Below, piece by piece: positions 54,810 through 64,000 of a DNA stretch of 64,000 nucleotides (its first letter is position 1; each line of letters begins with the position of its first letter). Made by a program: the position numbers and the translations under genes. Source of the stretch: Amoebidium appalachense (taxonomy: Eukaryota; Protista; Ichthyosporea); contig CAVNZM010000001.1 of the NCBI GenBank assembly GCA_963693365.1, positions 3,240,907 through 3,304,906 on the forward strand. Reading direction: 5' to 3'. The notes under the pieces were generated by a model. It saw nothing but the letters and a program-made list of their open reading frames with translations. It did not search any database and was not told the DNA's origin.

Positions 54810-55685
54810 CATTCCCCCCCCCCTTCCCCCCCTCCTTCCCGGTCTTTGCCTCCCTCCCCTTCCTCCCCCCGCTCCCCACGCACTCTCAAATACACCCTTC
54901 CTTCTCATTCTCCGCTCCCCCCGCCCCCTCTTTCTCCCTCTCGTTCTGCCCTTCCTTTCCCCCCTTCTTTTACTCAGCTTTTCCCGTCTCCTCCCTGTTT
55001 CCCCCTTCATCCTCCCCAGGTCTCACCATCTGTTCTTTCCTTTTCCCTCCTTGCCTCAGCACATCCTTGCCCCCTCCCCCCCCCCCCCCCCCACCAGCCC
55101 GCCTCCGTCTCATCCTTCCTCATTTGATGCCTACTCCACCCTGCCAACTCTTCTCATTCATTCCTGGTTCCTCTCTCACTCTCTCTCTCCCTGTGTGGGA
55201 ACGGTTAACGTGTGCACGTTCTGTTTGTGTGGGTGTAGGTGCGCATGTGTGTGGGTGAATGTGGGTTCCCACACACGCAGGAGGGTGCGTTGCTTACGCC
55301 TGCGTGTGTGTGCGTGGTTGTGTGTGGATGTGTGTGCATGCATGGTGGTGGTGCTCTGACACGCACATGTGTGTGTGTGTGAGGAGAGGATGGGGAGGTG
55401 CTTTTAATGGGGGGGAATTGGAGGGGAGGTTAGAATGCATGGGGGATGAGAGGGGAAGGGTGACCCACACACACGCGCGCACATGCGTGTGTGTGTGTGA
55501 GGAGAGGATGGGGAGGTGCTTTTTTTATGGGGGGGAAGTGGAGGGGGGGTTAGAATGCATGGGGGATGAGAGGGGAAGTGTGACCCTTCATTTGGTGCTG
55601 GGGCCACTACTTCACACCTGCAATAATCAACCTGAGCATGCAGTAGTTGGTTCGCCCCTCTCACACCATCCCTCTTCGTACTCTC

Positions 55686-55717
<32 letters not shown>

Positions 55718-55811
55718 CCTCCCTCTCTCTCTCCCTCTCTCTCTCCCCCCCCCCCCCCTCCTCCCTCCCCATCCCCCCCCTCGTTTCTATGATGCCACAC
55801 TGTGTAAGCGC

Positions 55812-55843
<32 letters not shown>

Positions 55844-58742
55844 CCCTCTCCCCTTCGTTTCTCTGATGCCACACTCTGTGTGGGGCCCTGTGCTCCGCAA
55901 ATATGCATTGTGTTGTCCGTCATGAATGTGTAGTCCGTACTCTGTACCGAATTCTAATCCCTCCTCCCCCCCCCCCCCCCCCCCATTTTTTTTTCTTACT
56001 AAAAACCGCAGAGCTTGGAGTTTCACGTGCCGGACCCCAATTGGGAGAGCGACGAGTCCATGTTTTCGCATGTGGGGGCACAGCTGACGATGCTGGATAT
56101 ATCTACCATGTCGGGGTCCATTCTGAATTTCGCGCAAAATTGCGCCAATTTACGCCGCCTGGCCGTCGCCATCCCAGCCACGTCGGACCTCTCCCCCCTC
56201 TCCTCGTGCACTCAACTGGAGCGGGTGCACGTTGTTTTCGGGCCAGAGGTGGACGGCTTCGTCAATCTGGATTGGGTGGTGGGGAGCCGGAGATCGTTAA
56301 AGAGACTCGTCATACAGAAGGCTATGCCGGACGATGAGCAAAACCCGATCACGTGTGTTTTGCCCAATGTCGACATGCCCGTTTTGGAGGCGATCGTGGC
56401 CGATGACGTAGTGAGCCATTTTGTCCCAGGGCAGTACCCGAAACTCCGATACATGGAGGTGTCCGGGTGTTTCTTTAACACGGCGGGTGACCAAGTCCCC
56501 TCCCTGGACCCCGTTTTCGCTGCGTGCCCAAAACTGGCAACGATTCGCTTATCGGGCCAGTGGGCTCATGTGGCCAATCACACTCCGGATAATTCGGGGG
56601 GTAACTTTAACGTTGTTTCACACACGAGCCTTACAAAACTCCGTTTCCGAGAGAATATCATGATTGAAGATCAATCGGGCCTTAGTCCGGAGGTATTTCC
56701 TAATTTGGCAAAGGTGGAACTGCTGGACATGGACCATTTTCCGATTACGGCCCTTGCCCAGTGCACCACCGTGCGTGATCTGTCGATTGTGCGATGTGGG
56801 CGGCCACCCAGCATGGGCTCATACATGCCAACCATCGAGGAATTTCTACCGCCATCGCTGACCCGATTGGAGGCCGTGAAGGTGCTTTCACTGTGTGAGC
56901 TGTGGCCGACGGACCACGTTCCATGCCCCGATCTGCGTGAGATTGTGATCGACAACACATTCCAGCTGGACAGTGTGGATGCCCTGGCCCACTGCTCACA
57001 ACTGACCTCTCTGGTACCTCCCCCCCCCCCCCCCCCCCCCAGGCCCCCCCCTTCCCCCCCTTCCCTGCCTGGCCCTGTCGATGAGGTGAATGGGTTGAAA
57101 CTCGGGTACTGTGGGTGCCTTGGGGACCCCCTGAGGATGGGCTCTGTTCATTATATTTGGTTTGCACTCTGCATTGTGTTGCGCGTTGTGAATGTGTACT
57201 TCATACTCTAGAACACATTCGATCCCACCCCTCCCCCCTCCCCCCCTTTGCTTGGGATGGCCTCTGGCTTGAATGCACACCGTTGGCGTGTGCTCCTAAA
57301 TGCAAAATCTGCATTGTGTTGTCCTTCGTGCATACTTTCCTTGCACTCTATAACACATTCTAACCCCCCCCCCCCCCCCCCCCTTTCTCTGTCTTTCTCT
57401 TCCCCCCCCCCCCCCCCCCCCCCCCTCTTTTTTTTTCCAGACCATCACCGGCAATCAGCGGCTGGAACGATTATGGCCACCCTCCGGTCCCCACCCTCTT
57501 TGCCGTCTCACCATCGAGCTCAGACACAACAATGTTTCCCTTGAAGCCCTCTCGTCGTGCCATGCACTCACCTACCTGTCGGTCGACACGAGCAACGGAC
57601 GCACCACCCACCCACCCCCGAACCTTCTCCTACCTCTACGCAACATCCCACTGGTGCATTTTGAGATTTCCGGGTCGGTTCGGTTCTCCAACCGGGCTCG
57701 ACTCGATTATAGCCCGAGTAGGTCAGATGCAGAGAGAAGATTAATGGATATGTATGGGGGGGTTTCGAATTGGCGGTCCTGGAGACTCGACCTGTCCCCC
57801 ATTCCTACGTGGAAGTTGAAACGATTGAGAGTGGGGGGGGTGAGGGTGGAGACTGTGGCACCCGTGGCAATGTGCAGGTACGTGTATGGGTGGGTGGATG
57901 GGTGCGGGTGGTGGTAGGGAGGGAGGGGTAGACGGGGGGAGGGGGGAGGGGGGGGGGAGGGGGGATGAGTGAATGGGTGGGTGGGTAGTTGGGTTGATGG
58001 GTGGGTGGCTGTGGGTGGGTGGGTGGGGGAGGGGGGGGGGGGGGGGGGGGGAGGGGGGGGAGGGGGGAGGGTGCGGGGCGGGTATATGTGTACGTGGCAT
58101 CGAATTTTTCCTTCCATCCCCCCCCCTCCCCCTAGTTGTTTGTTTTCCGGGGTGGTGGTGGTGTGGGCGGTGGGGGTAGTGGGGGGGCCCAGGGGGGGAG
58201 GGGGGAGGAGGGGGGGGGAGGGAGCGGGGAGGGGGGAAGGGGCAGCAAGGGGTTATTGTTCATGTGGCTGAGCACAAGATAGTGCATGGCTATGGTGTTG
58301 GTGGATTTCGGCTTGTTTACTTGATCTATGAGGGGAGTGGGGAAGGTTCCTTCTTTTTTTTTGGTGGTGGTGGTGGTGGGGGGGGGGGGGGGGATGCCTG
58401 AAGTTGTAAACTTTATTCCTTCTTTTCCAACTGTTTTTTACTCTTTGGCTGTGTGTCTGTACGGGCAGATGGACGGGCGGGTGGACAGGAGGAGAAGCGG
58501 CCGCCCAAGGGGGGGGGGAGTGGGGAGGGGGGCACTCTATGCACTCACTCACTCATTCTCCCTCTGTACCCCCCCCCCTCCCCCTCTCTCTTTCCTCCCC
58601 CCCCCCCCCCCCTCCCCCCCTCCCCCTCCCTCTCTCTCTTTCACAGTCTCACTCACACAAACACCAACACAAACACCAGGGCGCACATAGGATCCACACA
58701 CAACACACACACACACACACACACACTCACCTCAGGTGCGCG

Positions 58743-58788
<46 letters not shown>

Positions 58789-58982
58789 GGGAGCTTGAGA
58801 TACTTGAACTGCGTGAGATGGCGGTCGGCGAGTACGAGCCAATAGAATGGTGGCATTTGTTGCCTAGTTTGGTGCGCTGCCACGTGAACCTGTACCTTCT
58901 CTGCCCCGAGCCACACACCCAGGATGAACTGTACCTGCTGATGCAGGCCCTGCACCTGAGGCAATCGGGTCTGTATGAGTGA
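53404..58982 (+). CDS. F-box / leucine-rich repeat protein, ~753 aa; exons 53404-53453, 53973-54552, 56012-57013, 57441-57877, 58790-58982
   Basis: F-box DIPDELLEYILTYLDYTARCNVSLVSRRFCKL; LRR-like repeats (CANLRRLAV, CPKLATIRL, FPNLAKVEL, CPDLREIVI, CSQLTSLTI). Exons sum to 2262 nt in frame. The first exon is the least certain. Confidence 0.85.
55362..55586. repeat. Tandem duplication, ~120-bp unit, 2 copies, intronic
   Basis: GAGGAGAGGATGGGGAGGTGCTTTT...GGTTAGAATGCATGGGGGATGAGAGGGGAAG.GTGACCC occurs twice. Confidence 0.9.
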
Positions 58983-60029
58983 TTGGAAATTTGAAATTCG
59001 GTAGGTTAGCCCTGAATTGGTGGGTGTGCACTGTGTGTGTGAATCCATGTGTCGGTTTGTTGGTTTTTCACAAGGCGAACCACATGCAAATGTGTACTGA
59101 GTTTTGAAAAAATTAAATAATGTGTGCCTGTATCGAAGTATGAGATGTACGCCACTACTATCGTGGATGAGGTCCTGGTATATCCGGGGTTTGTGAGTGA
59201 TATGAGTAGGAGAACATCTGGGATGAGTGGGGCGTGGTGCTGGGAGATTACCTTGCGTGTTGATTGACCCGGAAACTGCTGTGTTTTTTCTTATAATGAA
59301 CCATATTCTTTTTTTTTTCTTTTTTTTTTTTTTTTTGGGGGGGGGGGGGTGGGGGGGGGGGTGGGGGGGGGTAAGGAGGGAGGGGGTACTCCCTGGCAGC
59401 TTTGTTAACATAAGAGCAGATAGGTATACCTGTGGAGAATATGCCGTGTTTGGTGTGTGAGTGTTGTATGTAGGGCCATCAATTATATAAATGCAAGAAA
59501 AGCCCCTGGGTGGCTACAATTGTGAATCCATCCAAGTTGAGCACGTGCGTGACATCAATGCTTGTCTCCACCGAGTCCCATGGATATCAACATTCCCTTG
59601 GCGGCCTTTGCCTATCGACAACAGGGTGCACAGCTGTTTCGTTGTCTTTATCCTGTCAAAAAAAGAAAATAAATGTGGCTGTGGTTTTAAAGATCCAAGG
59701 TGCTTCAAATCATACATGTCACATTTTGTCTGTGTGTGCAGTTTGATATGTGATGGGTGTCACTAACACTGTGTGTGTGCATGCACATGTGTTTGTGACA
59801 CGGGCAGCCTGAGGTGTGCGCAAACATATATATGCATGTGTGTGTATGTATGTGCGTGTGCGTGCGTATGCGCGCGCGTGTGTGCGGTGTGTGACTGTGT
59901 GATGGTCCGAGCTGGGTTGGATATGCGTGTGTGTGCGCGCATGTACATAATAATATACACGTGTGCGTGTGTGTGCCCAGACCGGTGTTATACCCGCGTA
60001 GGGGGCCCCCCGGCAGATTCGGCCTTCTT

Positions 60030-60498
60030 CCACAACCGGGCCGTTTGGTTGGCTGGCGCGGGGCCGGGGTTACGTAAGGCGGTGGGGTCGGGGGGGCCAG
60101 ACCACGATATGGAGGTGGGGGGAGGCCTGCGCAGGGCCTTACGTAAGCCTTACGTAAGGCGGTCAGGCGGCGGCGGACGCTAGGTAGAGCACGATACGGA
60201 ACACGTGGGTCTGGGGAGATTTATGTGGCGAATCGGGTTGCGCGGTTGTGAAACTTGCGCTAATGACGTCGTTAGCAGGGGACCAGTCAGATTCTTCGGT
60301 CGTGGAAGTTGCAGAAGTGGCCTCGTGAGCCGTGATAGTGAACCAGTCGGAGGGCCCGGTTGTGAAAGTTAGCCAATGAGCGGTAATTACACCTGTAGCT
60401 TGCACAACCGGGCGATACCATTGGGTAGGCCTTTTGAATGAAATGGTTGGGTTAGAATCACGGTATTTGTCTTAGCGGCTAGTGGAGAGGTATAAAAA
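60030..60498 (+). promoter_or_regulatory. GC-rich motif cluster ending in CCAAT and TATA boxes (putative Pol II promoter)
   Basis: TTACGTAA at 60070, 60139, 60150; TGACGTC at 60264; CACAACCG motif x4; CCAAT at 60373; TATAAAAA at 60491. Confidence 0.55.
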
Positions 60499-60954
60499 GG
60501 GTGAACACGATATCGTCGATCACTTTGTGACGCAGCGCGGTGTGGAGCAGGGTACTCAGAAGAAAGCTGTCTGGAGCGAGCTTTTTTCTTGTTAGTACTG
60601 CATAACAGTCAAACTCGAGTGTGGATATCTTTGAACACGAGTAGGAGGTTTCCTCTTTGTCGAAGCACTGTTTGTTGTTTTTTTGACAAATAGTATGTTA
60701 AGATAGTCGCAGAAGTTCTTTCTTTTTACAACTTTTTTATTGCGGACTGCGGCTGAGCTGTCAATGTTAGGCACCTCATAGAATTATGGTCGGATCATTT
60801 TTCGAAGCTTCGTGAACATGAATTATTGGCGGCAACTGATCTGAGTGCGAGCTGATGGCGCTTCATGCTGAGATTGGTCAGGGCCGGAATCGGATCCCTG
60901 ACAGGTGCATTGTGGGTCGAAAGACGTAGGGCTACCGTTCGCGTGTGTGCGTGT

Positions 60955-60989
<35 letters not shown>

Positions 60990-61057
60990 CGTGCGTGTAT
61001 CTTTGTGCGTGTGTGTGGGTGGGTGGATGGGTGTGTGTGTGTATGTGTGTGTTGTAA

Positions 61058-61105
<48 letters not shown>

Positions 61106-61256
61106 TTGTGTGTGTACGCGTGTGTGTGTGCGTGTGCGCGCGCGCACGCGTGTGTGTGTGTGCACGTGTGTGTCTGTGTGTGTGACACACACACACAGAG
61201 TATTTTATGGTTGGGTTACTGGGTCTGTGGGTGGACGCGTGGGGCATATCGATGAT

Positions 61257-61296
<40 letters not shown>

Positions 61297-62520
61297 GAGA
61301 GAGAGAGAGAGAGAGAAAGCTCAGGTATCGCGGAGGCCGCTATGAGGAGATCAGGAAGGGCGGCTGATGATGGGGAGCTCCTAGTAGGCCCTGAGATGGT
61401 GGCCGGCGAGCAGCAGTCTCGGGCCGGCCGTGGGACCGGGGGAAGATGGGGAGGCCGAGGGCCCGGTGGGTGGTTTGGGTTGGGGGGTTGGGGTTGGAGG
61501 CGGGGAGGTGGGGGGCAGGAGTAATGCCGAGTGCGCATGTTTATTGCCCTGCAGCTGCAGGAAACTAACTTTCAAGCACATATATGTATATGCTTGAATG
61601 CATGGATGTTCGCATCTGGCGGATTGAAGCGCATGAAAAACTTCAGATTTGTGCATGCAGAATACAGAGCTAACAACGTAATATTAAATGTGATGATAAA
61701 TATTATAAAACAAAAAAAAAGTAGGAATTGCTACCAGAAGTGTAGGCTGTGTACCGTGCTGCTGGCTCAGATCTTTGTTATTGACCAGTTATTTGCATCA
61801 AAGAATGTAGTCTGCTGATTGGCTCCTGGAACATCCCCACAAACCAAAACAGATCACCCTGCGGAGCTGTACACCAGTAGTACTTCGGAGCATAGCTAGG
61901 GCAACCACGCATACTCAAATTGATCGTGTTACAATGAATAGCATCAGCAAATCCGAATTATTTTGTGTGTTTGTGTTTATTTCTTGAAATCTGCTAATAT
62001 TCTATGCCCCATCACTGGTACCGGTAAACCTGTTTGAAGTTCCCCCTGTACCCCCTGTGTCAACTTCAATGCACTGAGTGGCTAATGGGTGGTGCCTTTT
62101 TATCCAATAGCTCATTAGGAGCTCAATGATTGGTTCTGTTCAGTGACAAGAATCAACTTGGAATTCGGATCCCCTTCAGCGGCGCTGGCGGACCGGCGGT
62201 GCACATTGGCGGTACTTGGCGGTTTGGCGCCACCTGCATACTTTGCAACAAACAATTGTAAGGTCTGAGTCATAACAACCTGTACAGTTGCTACAAAAGG
62301 GCTTCCTGGTTGTGAGACATGTCAGTCGCCACATTGTCAGTTTGGGCACTGCATGCAGCCGGCAAGTTTTCAACCTCGGGTGAATTAGACTTGCCGCCGG
62401 ACTCGCTTTCACGTCAGCAAAACTCATACTTATTGGTTTGAGGACATTATTCTGCTGTGTTTATTACAACCCAAATAGAATTCTCTGTACGCTTGCCACG
62501 GCAACACACAAAAATCAAAA

Positions 62521-64000
62521 ATGGCACTGGGTGGCATGAAAGGGTGTTTCCCTTGTGGCCCACACACTTGGGCAGCGGTGCTATTATTATTGGCCACGAG
62601 TACTCCAAATATGTTTCCACTTACCTCTGCAATACCTACACGAAGGGGCGTTGCAATGTCCGACTTTCCGTTCCGTGACCCCCCTGTTCGCCAACCAGAC
62701 CCCTTTTTCCCAACAGGACAAATCTACACCACTAGTGACCCTTCAAAGGTTAATTCTCAGTCTCTTAGGCCTGGTGACGCTATTGTGATAAAGTGCAACA
62801 CGTACTCTGGAAAGGGGTTAACAATTAGATCCAGTGGGAGTCAGGGTCGCCCGGTGGTGGTTAAGGCAGAGCGTCCCGGATGCGTCACTTTCACGGGGGA
62901 TAGTTACATTTCCATTGAAGGCAATTATGTCGAGGTTCAGGGTTTTGTGTTTAAGGGGAAGAAAAGTTCTGACACCCCAGCGGTGGCATTCACACGAGGG
63001 ACCAAGGGGTGCCGTGTGGTTCAATGCAAGGTCGATGGGTTCTACACGACCGGGTCAAGCAAGCAGACGGCGTTTGAAATCTTTGGTTTCGGCCATAGAA
63101 TCGACTGGAATTCTATTGTGAACATGGCACATGCAGGCGAGCTTGTGCGTGTTCTGGGCAAGTCATCGAGTACTGTTGAGAGCTCAGGCCACTACATTGG
63201 GTATAACTACTTTGGCCCACGCCAGGCTGTTCAGGATAACGGCGGCGAGATAATCCAGCTTTTTGCGGTGAATAATGAACAGGATGTGCTGACCACTGTG
63301 GAGTACAACGTGTTTGACAGAATCGACTCCGACGATGAATCATTGAGCCTGAAGTCTTCTTCCAACACGATTCAATACAACACCGTATACTCGTCGAGTG
63401 CGATATTTTCTATTCGCGCCGGATCACGCAACACGGTGCGGGGAAATTATTTCTTCTGCAACAGCAAGGAAAATTGCGGGGGGTTGCGCATCTACAAGCT
63501 GGATAACATTGTGCGTGACAACTACATCGACAAGGAAAACTCCGTAGCAGGAAACCACGGGAGTCTAGTGGTTCACGGGGGGGTCTCGGGGTCAAACTCG
63601 ATCAAATTTGCGGCGCAGCGTACACAGATTTTCAAGAACCTAGCCGTAGACTGTCACTACTGTATTACATTTGGAAACTCGAACGGTGGTGACGTTCCAG
63701 CCAAAGACACAACAGTGCGGGACAACATTTTCATTGGTGCGAAGACGAGCGATTACCTTATAAGGCTATATGACCGTGGCGAAACAAACACTCGTTGGTC
63801 CAACAACTTTTTCTACCGCGGGAAAACCCCTGGGCAGTACAACCGCTTTGTATCGTCGTTTGCGCCCATTATAACAACCTTCTCCAACGGTGTGCGTGTG
63901 CCTACAAACACGGACATCTCCATGCTTCCAGCATTTTCTTACCGCCCACTTTTGACGACGGATGTTGGGAGCGAGCCACGCCCTCGTCCCATTACCACCA
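62521..64000 (+). CDS. Secreted polysaccharide lyase family 6 (alginate lyase / chondroitinase B-like beta-helix), intronless in the window, 3' incomplete
   Basis: Stop-free frame from ATG 62521 to the window end (493 codons). Hydrophobic leader WAAVLLLLAT; PL6 motifs LRPGDAIVI, PVVVKAERPG.VTFTG, HYIGYNYFGPR, NGGE, VEYNVF, DSDDESLSLKSSSN, SIRAGSRNTVRGNYF, GGLRIY, RPLLTTDVG. Confidence 0.9.
   Translation, partial: MALGGMKGCFPCGPHTWAAVLLLLATSTPNMFPLTSAIPTRRGVAMSDFPFRDPPVRQPDPFFPTGQIYTTSDPSKVNSQSLRPGDAIVIKCNTYSGKGLTIRSSGSQGRPVVVKAERPGCVTFTGDSYISIEGNYVEVQGFVFKGKKSSDTPAVAFTRGTKGCRVVQCKVDGFYTTGSSKQTAFEIFGFGHRIDWNSIVNMAHAGELVRVLGKSSSTVESSGHYIGYNYFGPRQAVQDNGGEIIQLFAVNNEQDVLTTVEYNVFDRIDSDDESLSLKSSSNTIQYNTVYSSSAIFSIRAGSRNTVRGNYFFCNSKENCGGLRIYKLDNIVRDNYIDKENSVAGNHGSLVVHGGVSGSNSIKFAAQRTQIFKNLAVDCHYCITFGNSNGGDVPAKDTTVRDNIFIGAKTSDYLIRLYDRGETNTRWSNNFFYRGKTPGQYNRFVSSFAPIITTFSNGVRVPTNTDISMLPAFSYRPLLTTDVGSEPRPRPITT

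Overview
Eukaryotic nuclear DNA, intron-rich and saturated with poly-C/poly-G tracts and (CA)n/(CT)n microsatellites, so nearly all entries in the ORF track are low-complexity artefacts. By splicing exons by eye with phase checks I recover seven genes: the 3' part of a tRNA-dihydrouridine synthase 1-like gene (+), a divergent T-box transcription factor (+), a secreted GH19 chitinase of the gammaproteobacterial type with a GC-AG intron (-), a Pmp3/UPF0057 small membrane protein (+), a 14-exon FBXO21-like gene (+), an F-box/LRR gene (+) and an intronless secreted PL6 polysaccharide lyase running off the window end (+, absent from the ORF track). There is also an internally deleted Ty1/copia relic and a TA-flanked TIR element. 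The T-box gene implies an opisthokont; the gene set suggests a unicellular one such as an ichthyosporean (inference only). The most notable signals are an unusual intron grammar (weak donors followed at once by poly-C, acceptors preceded by CA repeats, and a ~100-bp sense-oriented repeat family seen only in introns) and two bacterial-type carbohydrate-active enzymes at different stages of intron gain. All family calls rest on motif recognition from memory, not database searches.
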